This document shows, piece by piece, positions 23,170 to 35,156 of a stretch of DNA of 38,384 nucleotides (position 1 is the stretch's first letter; every line of letters starts with the position of its first letter). Under the pieces are notes generated by a model, which was not told where the DNA came from, did no database searches, and was given only the letters and a program-made list of their open reading frames with translations. Source of the stretch: Octopus bimaculoides (Eukaryota); contig NC_068993.1 in assembly GCF_001194135.2 (NCBI RefSeq), positions 987,060 through 1,025,443 of the forward strand, given 5' to 3'. The translations under genes were made by a program, and so were the position numbers.

Positions 23170-23727
23170 AATAATAAATGAGTATATGCATATATACGTA
23201 GAGGTATGTGCATACCTACGTCTACCTGTATATATAGGTGCATATCTGGGTACAGGACATTGCAAACATAACGTAGACAAGAAAATAGTAATAACCAGAC
23301 GCATCGTTAAAATGGCTCTTCCCATGGACCGCAAATTAAATTTGTATACACAAATTAAACCTGTGCCATGGAGGAATGTAGTGACGGACAAAAAACAAGA
23401 CAGGAAAACAAACAGAAAAGAAAAGAAGACAGGAAAACAAACGGAAAAGGCGATGCGGCCAGACGTGAAAAATTATGTGTATATGAACGCTGTGAGGCAC
23501 GAACTGAAAGCAGGGACGAAGTAAGTTCGCGTGTTTGCTCGGCGATAGCCAAGGAAGAAAAGGATTAATGACCGGAAGCATATGACCAGGGAGGGGTAAG
23601 GAAGAGAGAGAGAGAGTGGTAGAGGGAGAAACAAGGGGAGGAAGTAGAAGAATAGGTGAGCAACGAGAGGAAGAGAGGAAATCATCATCATCATCATCAT
23701 CCCACACAGACACCACTCACAATTTTC

Positions 23728-23880
23728 TTCCCAACCACATGGTTCTGGGTTCAGGCCTGACTGTATGGTGAAATTTACTTCTCAACTGTGTGGTTCTGGG
23801 TTCAGTCCTACTATGTAGTACATTGGGGAACTGTCTTCAACAAGAGCCTTTGGTCAACCAATGCCTTGTGTGTGAAACTG
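23728..23880 (+). mobile_element. family D SINE copy with duplicated head
   Basis: cttcccaaccacatggttctgggttcag is followed by cttctcaactgtgtggttctgggttcagtcc, then ...ttggggaactgtcttc...caatgccttgtgtgtg. Confidence 0.6.
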
Positions 23881-24237
23881 CAAGAATCTCAGATTTGTGC
23901 GACCCTTTCTCCCCTACACATACCAATGGTAGAATCCACACCTCCTCAAAAAGAGACATTGTTGCTGGCCTTCCTTCCTCTTGTTAACCTATAAAAATAA
24001 CACCATTTTTAAGTGTAATTTCTAATTTTTCCTGTTTCTATCAAAATACTGATTTGTCTATTTTCTGTGAAATAAATAAACATGTCTGTGTTACGTCGAC
24101 AACAGAATCTAATCCATCTGTAGAGTTCCATGACATATCAGGAACATCTCGCAGTTCTTCATTCTCCAATGCTGACATTGCATTCATCAGACACTGACAT
24201 CCTCTGCCGGTTGATGACAGATAATTATACCAATGTT

Positions 24238-24295
<58 letters not shown>

Positions 24296-24379
24296 TGCAC
24301 AAACACACATGCATGCACACATACATACATACATATGCATAGTCATACATATATATACATACATCTCTCTCTCTCTATG

Positions 24380-24411
<32 letters not shown>

Positions 24412-24647
24412 TACATATATATATATATATCTACATACTCATATAAATGCAATATACATGCATATGTATATATGTACATATATATATATATATATATATA
24501 CATACACATATCCATATATATGCAATATACATGCATATGTATGCACCACACACACATATATATATATGTATATGATATCTATATGTGTGTGTGTGTGTGT
24601 GTGGGGGGTTGTGCATGCGTGTGTGTATGTGCATGCATGTCTATGAA

Positions 24648-24780
24648 TCATCATCATTTAACATGTGCTTTCCATGCTGGCATGGGTAGAATGGTTTAAT
24701 GGGTAACTGCTTAACTGCAGGGCTATGCTGAGATTGTATGTCATCACACACACACATATACATACATAAGTATGTATGTG

Positions 24781-24849
<69 letters not shown>

Positions 24850-25480
24850 NNNNNNNNNNNNNNNNNNNNNNNNNNNNNNNNNNNNNNNNNNNNNNNNNNN
24901 NNNNNNNNNNNNNNNNNNNNNNGCAAGCCAGAAGGCTCCAATCTGATCTGCCAAAGTTTCTACAGCTGGATGCCCTTCCTAATACCAACCACTCCAAGAG
25001 TGTAGTGGGTGCTTTTACGTGCCACCGGCACAAGGGCCAGTCACACAGTACTGGCAACGGCCATGCTCAAAAAGGTGTTCTTTACGTGCCACCTGCACGG
25101 GAGCCATTTCAGTGGCACTGGCAACGACCTTGCTCAAATGATTTTCTAACGTGCCACCAGCACAAGTGCTAGAAGGCAACACTGGTAACAATTACACTCA
25201 AATGGTGCTATTTACGGGCCACTAGCACGGAAGCCAGACAGCTGCTCTGGCAATGAACACGCTCAACAGTGCTGTTAGTGCTCCACTGGTGCTGTGCCAG
25301 TCATCGAGTATGGTTCAATTACGATTTCACTTGCCCTAACAGGTCTTCGCAAGCAGAGTTTAGTGTCCAATGAAGGAGAGGTTGGCATGGGTGCCAGTTG
25401 TCGGATTTGGTTCGATTTCGATTTCAGATTTCAAATTTCAAATTCCAATTTCACTTGCCTCAACAGGTCTTCGCAAGCAG
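24648..25480 (-). mobile_element. SINE-like family A copy, interrupted by (CA)/(GT) repeat and N-gap
   Basis: Same tail (tcatcatcatttaacatgtgctttccatgctggcatggg) and same ctacagctggatgcccttcct...gtagtgggtgcttttacgtgccac body as 19267-19673. Subrepeats with ctggcaac. A duplicated atttcacttgcc..aacaggtcttcgcaagcag lies near its high-coordinate end. Confidence 0.75.
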
Positions 25481-25481
25481 G

Positions 25482-25662
25482 GTTGAAATGCATAGCAGTA
25501 TTTCGTCAGTTGGTACATTCTGAGTTCAAATTCCACCAAGGTCAACTTTATTTTCCATCCTTTTGGGGTCGATAAAATAAGTACCAGTTAAACACTGGGG
25601 TTGATGTAATTGACTCATCCCTTCTATCCAAATTGCTGCCCTTGTGGCAAAATTTGAAACCA
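25482..25662 (+). mobile_element. SINE family B copy, 5'-truncated
   Basis: CTGAGTTCAAATTCCACCAAGGTCAACTTT...CATCCTTTTGGGGTCGATAAAATAAGTACCAGTT...CTGGGGTTGATG, followed by a TAT/GTT microsatellite. Confidence 0.8.
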
Positions 25663-25750
25663 TTATTATTATTACGACTATTATTATTATTATCATTATT
25701 GTTGTTGTTGTTGTTGTTGTTGTTCTTCTTCTTATTATTATTATCATTAT

Positions 25751-25962
25751 TAAGGTAGTGAGTTGGCTGAGTTGTTAGCTTATTGGGCAAAATGCTCAGT
25801 AGCATTTCTTTTGGTTCAGAGTTCAAATCCTGCTGAGGTTGACTTTGCCTTTAATTCTTCTGGGGTTGATAAAATAAAGTACCGGTTGAGCAGTGGGGTC
25901 AATGTAATCAACTTACCCTCCCCTCAAAATTGCTTGTGCTGTGACAAAAATCAAATAGAATT
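25751..25962 (+). mobile_element. SINE family B copy
   Basis: CAGAGTTCAAATCCTGCTGAGGTTGACTTTGCCTTT...GGGGTTGATAAAATAAAGTACC...GGGGTCAATGTAATC. Confidence 0.8.
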
Positions 25963-26519
25963 ACTGTCATTGTTACTGTATTGAATAAGATTGTTGTTGC
26001 TGGTTTCATTTCAAAAGTTGAAATTCTTCTAAAAGTGGTTAAATTAGCTGTGAGTGGGTGATGGGGGATGGGTAGAGGAAGCTTAGGTTCCAGATAGTAT
26101 CTTCTCCACTTGTATAATTGTTATGTAGTGTGAAGAAGAAGAAAAAGAAGGGGGAGGAGGAGGAGGAAGATGAAAGGAGGAAGAAGAAGAAGAAAAGAAG
26201 AAGAAATCAATACATTATTACTATTGAGATGAGGATATCATAAAAGCAGTAAAATGGATTGAATTCATCTGATATTAAAAAAACAAAAAAACAAACAAAC
26301 AAAGACAAACCGAAGATGGCAACTGCTGCCTCTACTAATTTGCTCAGCTTTTCAGGAGTGATCTAGTTGAGCATTCTGACAGTTTGACAATGTTTTAATT
26401 TTAAAAAATCTCATAAAAATTACATGTTTTAAGCCTTTTATCCCCATTAAGAATTACTGCAATGCCACTTATGTGTGTTAAGAAGTTGTGAACAAATGTG
26501 TCCAAATAATAACAACTGC

Positions 26520-26558
<39 letters not shown>

Positions 26559-26971
26559 CATAATCATAATAATAATAATAATGATAAAGGCTTTTGTAGC
26601 AAGAATGAAGCAAACATATGCTAAATATTGCTGATTTCCTTAGAGAGATGAAACCAAATAAAAAGAAGAAAGAAAGACTGATAAAAATAATGGAAAAGTG
26701 TCAATGAAACTGGTTTTGTGGAATGGTGGCAAAAGGCCAGTGGAAATTGACTGGTCTCTAAGTTGTAATCTAATTTTGCAGCAAAGCACACTCGCAGTTT
26801 GGCAGCAGGAATGGTCTGGCGGTGGCAGCGGCAGTGGCAAGTTTAATTCTTTATATTCTTACAAGTTTCATTTGATACAGCCTTTTCAATAAGGAAATGG
26901 TTCTTGCTGCTCCTTTACAGACAACCTTGTGAAAGGGGCTTTTGTTGTTGATGTTGTTTTTGCTCCTTAAC

Positions 26972-27080
26972 CATTATTATTATTATTATTATCATTATTA
27001 TTATTATCATTATTATTATTATTATCATTATTATTATTATCATTATTATTATTATCATTATTATTATTATCATTATCATT

Positions 27081-27121
<41 letters not shown>

Positions 27122-27145
27122 CATTATTATTATTATTATTATTAG
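26972..27145. repeat. (TAT)n/(CAT) array with 15-nt higher-order period
   Basis: ATCATTATTATTATT repeated several times, then 6- and 9-nt variants. Confidence 0.9.
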
Positions 27146-28191
27146 TTGGAACATTTGAATCTTTTGAAGAAGTTTCTCTCATACAACAAACGTAATTAGT
27201 TTTGGTATTAATTTGATTTCATTAAAAAGATGAGTGGAATTATTGAAGAACAAAACTTAATAGATTCAAAATATAATTATAAGCCTCTTTTAGAGAAAAC
27301 CCCCTATTTCTTTAATCTTCCCCCTACACACACATATGCAAAAAAGAAGAAAAAAAACCTGCAAAAATTTGGTTAGCTGTTTAGGAGATAAAAATTTTAT
27401 TACAAGAGTCCTGTCAAATCTCTAAACTCTTGTCATATCTTCCTAATAGATCTGGCTGCAAGGAGTGTTCAATATTCCTGCAAGAATTCTCAAACCTATG
27501 ACATATATTACACCATTGTGTTCCTGAAAATCTAATTGGGTTCCGAGACAAAAACAGAAAATAAAAGATGAGCCAACTGTAACATTAGCATCTGATTAAA
27601 TAACATTTTCGGATATTTTCGAGTAAAAATAGCCTTTTGTTAAAAAGAAGTGATTTTGGAATTTCTAATTAAGAGAAGCATTTTTGAAATTGATAATAAA
27701 TAAACAAAAAGTCAACAAATAGTTTTAAAAAAGCAATGATTAGTTTGATAGCATGTGAATAGCTGGAGTTATACATAGAAGGATATCATTACATTGTACA
27801 TAGTGGTGTGTGTGTGTGTGTGTGTGTNNNNNNNNNNNNNNNNNNNNNNNNNNNNNNNNNNNNNNNNNNNNNNNNNNNNNNNNNNNNNNNNNNNNNNNNN
27901 NNNNNNNNNNNNNNNNNNNNNNNNNNNNNNNNNNNNNNNNNNNNNNNNNNNNNNNNNNNNNNNNNNNNNNNNNNNNNNNNNNNNNNNNNNNNNNNNNNNN
28001 NNNNNNNNNNNNNNNNNNNNNNNNNNNNNNNNNNNNNNNNNNNNNNNNNNNNNNNNNNNNNNNNNNNNNNNNNNNNNNNNNNNNNNNNNNNNNNNNNNNN
28101 NNNNNNNNNNNNNNNNNNNNNNNNNNNNNNNNNNNNNNNNNNNTATACAGACGCACAAACACAGACACATTCATACAAAAATACATTGTGT

Positions 28192-28234
<43 letters not shown>

Positions 28235-28466
28235 ATTGCTGTTCAATGAATATATTGATCATAAAAGCCCTTCCAACCTTGTCTGTCTAGGATTTCATGT
28301 TCTGCTGTGTCCTAGTTTTAGAATGGTAAGAGTTGAGTGAATCTGGCTGCTGTTTTTGCATGAAGTGGATAAAGGATATATGAGATAGAAAGCTAGACTA
28401 TCTCAGACAAATTTGCCAGTACACCGTTGCATCTGTAACAGCTAGGTGTCCTGAATAACTGTATTG

Positions 28467-28530
28467 CCAATTAACTGTAATAGACTAATTAATTGTAAAG
28501 ACCAATTAACTGTAAAGACCAGTTACCTGT
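28467..28530. repeat. 17-18-bp minisatellite, about 3.7 copies
   Basis: ccaattaactgtaataga / ctaattaattgtaaaga / ccaattaactgtaaaga / ccagttacctgt. Confidence 0.85.
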
Positions 28531-28695
28531 CCAGTTTTGCAAACTGTAGGTGGATTTGAAACTGAAATTCTTTCTGCTTGTAATCTTGAGTCTAATTTCC
28601 TTAAGGTGATACACAAACACTCAGCAATAAGTGCACTGTATCTTGTAGCAGAAACAGCTGTAAGCTATTGAAGTTCACAATATAATTTCTTATTC

Positions 28696-28905
28696 AAGGC
28701 AGAAAGGTTAGCACGCCAGGCGAAATGCTTAGCAGTATTCCATTTGTCTTTACGTTCTGAGTTCAAATTCAGTGGAGGTCGACTTCACTTTTCATCCTTT
28801 AGTTGTTTATAAATTAAGTACCAGTTGTGTACTGGGGTCGTGTACTAATCGACTGCCACCCCTCCCCCAAAATTTTGTGCCTTGTGCCTTGAGTAGAAAA
28901 GAATA
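28696..28905 (+). mobile_element. tRNA-derived SINE, family B (near-complete copy)
   Basis: GGCAGAAAGGTTAGCACGCCAGGCG head, GAGTTCAAATTC B-box-like, body ...CTTTTCATCCTT...ATAAATTAAGTACCAGTT...CTGGGGTCG..., tail GTGCCTTGAGTAGAAAAGAAT. Homologous to several other copies in this window. Confidence 0.8.
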
Positions 28906-29134
28906 TAATATCTTATTCCTTTATCATTCATTTAATTTCTTAGACATATTTTGTGGGTGGATGTCAGTTTTGATTGATGTGTGACACATCAAAATGCCAA
29001 ATACAGAGACATTACACAATGGAGTATCTGTTGCAAGTGCACAAGTAATTTCTAAAACTGAATGAATTAATACTTATGTGTACATACACTATACACTTCA
29101 TGTATATGTATATACATATACATACATACATACG

Positions 29135-29166
<32 letters not shown>

Positions 29167-31263
29167 TGTGTGTGTGTGTGTGTACAGATAGCTAGATAGA
29201 TAAATAGATAGATATAGTTACATCTTGGGAGGGTAATTGTGCTATTAATAAACACATGTACTGATTCAATTTCATTTCTTTCTTATAAGTCCCATTATTT
29301 AACCAACCAACTAACTGATTGTATTTTTTAATCAGTTAAATAATCAATCAGTCCTTTCACAGCCATTTGCAACATCATCATACCCTCTCTCCTCCGGTCA
29401 GCTTCAAATTTGTCTGTCTCCTGTTCTTATACATGTGTTTGTATAATTGTAGNNNNNNNNNNNNNNNNNNNNNNNNNNNNNNNNNNNNNNNNNNNNNNNN
29501 NNNNNNNNNNNNNNNNNNNNNNNNNNNNNNNNNNNNNNNNNNNNNNNNNNNNNNNNNNNNNNNNNNNNNNNNNNNNNNNNNNNNNNNNNNNNNNNNNNNN
29601 NNNNNNNNNNNNNNNNNNNNNNNNNNNNNNNNNNNNNNNNNNNNNNNNNNNNNNNNNNNNNNNNNNNNNNNNNNNNNNNNNNNNNNNNNNNNNNNNNNNN
29701 NNNNNNNNNNNNNNNNNNNNNNNNNNNNNNNNNNNNNNNNNNNNNNNNNNNNNNNNNNNNNNNNNNNNNNNNNNNNNNNNNNNNTATATATATATATGTA
29801 TGTATGTATGTATATATGTGTGTGTGTACATATATCTATCTATCTATCTATCTATATATATATAAATATGTTGCTAAGTTCTGGTTACTTTTCTCAGTGA
29901 GTAAATCTGGGTGTCCTGTTCAGGACGGCCTAATTTCCATAGAAATAAAATGAATAAAATTATGGATGGGAAAATTTTCCATTCGCCTTATCATTATTAA
30001 TATTTCTATATAACTGATGAGAGCCTTCCATATGATCTTCTGAAAGAATTCCAGGTTTTGCATAGAACAGCGACAGAATCTCTCAATGTTCCCTCTTAGC
30101 TGTGTTGTGCTTTGTGTGTATGCGTACGTTTTGCAACTCGTGCACATAGAAGAAGAAATGCGCACATGCAAGGTTTCCAAAATGAAATTAAACTTTTTGT
30201 TTCTCTAATTGGAAAAAATTAATTTCGTAATGATATCTTAAATAACATATATATATATATATATATATATATNNNNNNNNNNNNNNNNNNNNNNNNNNNN
30301 NNNNNNNNNNNNNNNNNNNNNNNNNNNNNNNNNNNNNNNNNNNNNNNNNNNNNNNNNNNNNNNNNNNNNNNNNNNNNNNNNNNNNNNNNNNNNNNNNNNN
30401 NNNNNNNNNNNNNNNNNNNNNNNNNNNNNNNNNNNNNNNNNNNNNNNNNNNNNNNNNNNNNNNNNNNNNNNNNNNNNNNNNNNNNNNNNNNNNNNNNNNN
30501 NNNNNNNNNNNNNNNNNNNNNNNNNNNNNNNNNNNNNNNNNNNNNNNNNNNNNNNNNNNNNNNNNNNNNNNNNNNNNNNNNNNNNNNNNNNNNNNNNNNN
30601 NNNNNNNNNNNNNNNNNNNNNNNNNNNNNNNNNNNNNNNNNNNNNNNNNNNNNNNNNNNNNNNNNNNNNNNNNNNNNNNNNNNNNNNNNNNNNNNNNNNN
30701 NNNNNNNNNNNNNNNNNNNNNNNNNNNNNNNNNNNNNNNNNNNNNNNNNNNNNNNNNNNNNNNNNNNNNNNNNNNNNNNNNNNNNNNNNNNNNNNNNNNN
30801 NNNNNNNNNNNNNNNNNNNNNNNNNNNNNNNNNNNNNNNNNNNNNNNNNNNNNNNNNNNNNNNNNNNNNNNNNNNNNNNNNNNNNNNNNNNNNNNNNNNN
30901 NNNNNNNNNNNNNNNNNNNNNNNNNNNNNNNNNNNNNNNNNNNNNNNNNNNNNNNNNNNNNNNNNNNNNNNNNNNNNNNNNNNNNNNNNNNNNNNNNNNN
31001 NNNNNNNNNNNNNNNNNNNNNNNNNNNNNNNNNNNNNNNNNNNNNNNNNNNNNNNNNNNNNNNNNNNNNNNNNNNNNNNNNNNNNNNNNNNNNNNNNNNN
31101 NNNNNNNNNNNNNNNNNNNNNNNNNNNNNNNNNNNNNNNNNNNNNNNNNNNNNNNNNNNNNNNNNNNNNNNNNNNNNNNNNNNNNNNNNNNNNNNNNNNN
31201 NNNNNNNNNNNNNNNNNNNNNNNNNNNNNNNNNNNNNNNNNNNNNNNNNNNNNNNNNNNNNNN

Positions 31264-31323
<60 letters not shown>

Positions 31324-31324
31324 G

Positions 31325-31363
<39 letters not shown>

Positions 31364-32656
31364 TAGATATATATATAATGCGATATATGTGAGATATATA
31401 TGAGATACATATGTTAGGCATACACACACACACATATAAGTTTCAGAACCCCTGGATGTGTAATTAAAGATTTTGAACATGTAACATCAAGTCGATAGCT
31501 GGGAGACATTTAAACAGAGAGCAAGAGGCTATAAGACATATTAACAAGTAGATGTTGTGTGAAGAGATAGAGTGATTCATTGCTGAATCTTAAAGGAGTG
31601 TCATTACTATAAACAGCTGAATGCATTCACAACAACATGGCTGCTGTCACTTGGCTGGCTGTTGGTGATTGATGGAGGAAGGGAAATGAAATGTCTTTTC
31701 ATATTTGGGCAGAGAAATGTTGTTAGTGTTTGGTTGGTGAGCGAATAATCTTATTGTGTGTATGTGTGTGCGCACGTGTGTGTTCATGTATTTAGAGATG
31801 CTTATAGCCTTGCATATACGCACACAAATACATACATACATACATACATACATACATACACACACATGTATGTATATATATATTCATATATACATATATA
31901 TATACACACACACATATATATATGCATATATTCATATATACATATATANNNNNNNNNNNNNNNNNNNNNNNNNNNNNNNNNNNNNNNNNNNNNNNNNNNN
32001 NNNNNNNNNNNNNNNNNNNNNNNNNNNNNNNNNNNNNNNNNNNNNNNNNNNNNNNNNNNNNNNNNNNNNNNNNNNNNNNNNNNNNNNNNNNNNNNNNNNN
32101 NNNNNNNNNNNNNNNNNNNNNNNNNNNNNNNNNNNNNNNNNNNNNNNNNNNNNNNNNNNNNNNNNNNNNNNNNNNNNNNNNNNNNNNNNNNNNNNNNNNN
32201 NNNNNNNNNNNNNNNNNNNNNNNNNNNNNNNNNNNNNNNNNNNNNNNNNNNNNNNNNNNNNNNNNNNNNNNNNNNNNNNNNNNNNNNNNNNNNNNNNNNN
32301 NNNNNNNNNNNNNNNNNNNNNNNNNNNNNNNNNNNNNNNNNNNNNNNNNNNNNNNNNNNNNNNNNNNNNNNNNNNNNNNNNNNNNNNNNNNNNNNNNNNN
32401 NNNNNNNNNNNNNNNNNNNNNNNNNNNNNNNNNNNNNNNNNNNNNNNNNNNNNNNNNNNNNNNNNNNNNNNNNNNNNNNNNNNNNNNNNNNNNNNNNNNN
32501 NNNNNNNNNNNNNNNNNNNNNNNNNNNNNNNNNNNNNNNNNNNNNNNNNNNNNNNNNNNNNNNNNNNNNNNNNNNNNNNNNNNNNNNNNNNNNNNNNNNN
32601 NNNNNNNNNNNNNNNNNNNNNNNNNNNNNNNNNNNNNNNNNNNNNNNNNNNNNNNN

Positions 32657-32740
<84 letters not shown>

Positions 32741-32802
32741 TGTGTTCATATATATATGTATATATATGCATATATATATGCATGTGCAATCACATATGTA
32801 TA

Positions 32803-33335
32803 TCATCATCATCATCGTCATCGTCATCATCATCATCGTCATCATTGGATTGTCCACTTTTCCATGCTTGCTTGGCTTGCACAGTATTCCGTGAAGCAGA
32901 TTCTCTATGGCTAGACGCATTCACCCATTTCCATGTCAGGTAATATTTCTCCATGACCAGACATGTTTATTGGAAGACTGGAAATGAAGGACACCACTTA
33001 TATGAGAGTGACTCTCATTTACAACTCTCAAACGATGTCATGAAAAAGAGAAAGACACACACACATACACAAACACGCACACATGTGCGTGTTTGTGTCA
33101 CTTTGCCTTGACATCCTGGGATAGTTGTAAACGAGTGTCACCATCATATAAGAGGTGTGTCACTTTTTTCCAGTCTTCCATGGAAACATGCTTGGTCACG
33201 GGGAAATATTCTGTTGCTTGGAAACATGTGGAGTCTGGTGACAGGAAGAGCATCCACCTGTATAAATTGTGCCTCAATAAATTCTGTCTGACCCCCTCTT
33301 AACATGGAAAAGGGCCATGGTGATGATGAGGAGGA
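32803..33335. mobile_element. fold-back (palindromic) repeat: two inverted copies of a SINE-like unit joined at a perfect hairpin apex
   Basis: Arm matches: 32942-32968 vs 33184-33210 (23/27), 32972-32984 vs 33167-33179 (13/13), 33008-33026 vs 33123-33141 (17/19), 33034-33040 vs 33109-33115 (7/7). Apex 33067-33081 vs 33084-33098 is a perfect 15-bp match. Both outer ends carry the ttttccatg / catggaaaag plus (TCA)/(TGA)n tail. Confidence 0.8.
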
Positions 33336-34129
33336 TCATACCAGTATATATATGAAAGAAATTGCTGTATACAGTGCACAGGTACACTACAGCATATGTA
33401 TCTATGTAAGTATATATGTATGTTTTATGAAAGTGCATGAGTGAGTTGGTGTGTTAATGTGTTTGTTTGTATGTAAGACTCCATACTGCTCAATAAGAAA
33501 CACAGTTATGAAAGACAGTTAACTGCTGTAAAAGTATACAAAGTGTTTCATCTGTGGACAATGGGATTAATTTGTTTCTAGTTTCTAGTTTTCATAGAAC
33601 TTCATCAGGGAAAGACAGCCATCTTCTGTTCACAGAGATATTAGTAACTGATGGCTATTTAGAATGTACACAAACTAGTTCAAAACTAAGCTTATCAATC
33701 TAATTTGCATAATAGTCCATGTGATGACAACAGGGATAATTAACTAATCAAAAATGCAACACCCATATTTGTTTGGATAAATAGAAACTGTTTTTATTAG
33801 TTTGTAGAAGAGGAAAAGCTGAGGACCTCAACGACTGTAAGCAAAGATATGTAGAGGCAAAGAGTAGTCCAGACGGCTGAGGTTCAAGATGACCGGACAG
33901 CAAGACCTCTCGTGCTCTGCTTTTTCTGCCCAGAGAGACAAGGAAAAACATCAGTCAGTAAAATCAGCTTGTATATTTTTCAGTGGGTGTATAAAAAGGG
34001 TGTATATAATATTTCATTGTAAATTACCTGGAAATGTTGTGTAGTGTATGAGGACGGAATAATTAAAGAAGTTAATACACACACACACACATACACACAC
34101 AATCACACAGTGTGTGTGATGTGTCCATA

Positions 34130-34162
<33 letters not shown>

Positions 34163-34174
34163 TATTTTTTCTTT

Positions 34175-34322
34175 TTTTTCTTTTACTTGTTTCTGCCATT
34201 TGACTGCAGCCATGCTGGAGCACTGCCTTAAAGGGTCTTTAATTGAAGAAATTGACCCCCAACACTTGTTATTTGTAAGCCTAATATTTATTCTATTGCT
34301 CTCTTTTGTTGAACTGCTAACT
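34175..34322 (-). mobile_element. SINE-like fragment (family E) sharing the GATAGAATAA...GGGGTCAAT body motif with family B
   Basis: On + it reads ttttacttgtttctgccatttgactgcagccatgctggagcactgcc...aattgaccccc...gtaagcctaatatttattctattgctctcttttgttgaactgctaa. Confidence 0.5.
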
Positions 34323-34367
34323 TCATCATCATCATCATCATTGTTTAATATATGGTGACACATTTAC

Positions 34368-34412
<45 letters not shown>

Positions 34413-34459
34413 GCTACACACACACACACACACACACACACATATGCATATCGCAATTG

Positions 34460-34970
34460 TTTTGAGAAAACACTTGTGCGCTGAGGATGTGGCTATGCTC
34501 CATCTCTGAATGCTGGAGTCAGTATCTCATCAAGCAGTGAAGTAGCTCTGCAGGTGTTTTGGCCCCTTCCAATGCCACATCAGAACTACCCAGGCCGATC
34601 CAGTGACAAAACTCCCATACAATAACACAAACTTTGTTGGGTCAAATGTTTGTGACCCTGGGCCAGATGTTTCTACCATCCTCACTGCTTGCTCTTGCTG
34701 CATCACACATCATCTCTCTTGAGCCGGGATGTAATTCCTTGCTTTCTCAGTGGCTTCCAACAATTTTCTGGCAACATTTTTTCACTCCTTTGCAGTTAAT
34801 CTAAGACTTCTGACTATGGAATTAATCCCAGGTCTCCCAAATCCTCTGACACCCATCTATACATGAAACCGTCATCGTTGTCTTTTGATAAGCATATTCT
34901 GTGTCAGAAGCCTTCACATGTAACCAGAAAGTTTGGGCTTCATGAATGTTTCTACATGCTGCTCTTATAT
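34460..34970 (-). mobile_element. HERO-like RLE-type non-LTR retrotransposon, degenerate 3' end plus 3' UTR
   Basis: One minus frame reads RQR*RFHV*MGVRGFGRPGINSIVRSLRLTAKE*KNVARKLLEATEKARNYI, then with a 1-nt shift (W/R)LKRDD. This resembles the VEVGCRGF...EAAERxSxWLWLKR C-terminus I recall for HERO-clade LINEs. It contains several stops. Confidence 0.6.
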
Positions 34971-35114
34971 TTAACAAGAACCATTATATACAGCAGATCA
35001 ATCAGTTTGGCTTAAAAGCAACTTCTGACTTGGAAATGCATATATTATAGAAAGCCTCAAAAGACCAATAATGTTTTGTATGTTTTTTTTTATTAGCATG
35101 TGTGTGTATATGCA

Positions 35115-35156
<42 letters not shown>

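Noticed and set aside
24041-24240. Coding-looking stretch MNAMSALENEELRDVPDMSWNSTDGLDSVVDV
   Set aside because: No acceptor/donor pair gives a stop-free phase-1/phase-1 exon, and I recognise no homology. Left unassigned.
29890-30180. CpG-containing region with an 86-aa minus ORF and GRP codons
   Set aside because: It is not the RPGRPPKR exon, the splice phases are incompatible, and there is no recognisable family.
34540-34600. CTGATG...AAAAC motif in the LINE 3' UTR, considered as a second hammerhead
   Set aside because: The core reads CUGAUGU and CAAAAC rather than CUGANGA and GAAA, and no stem I can be drawn.
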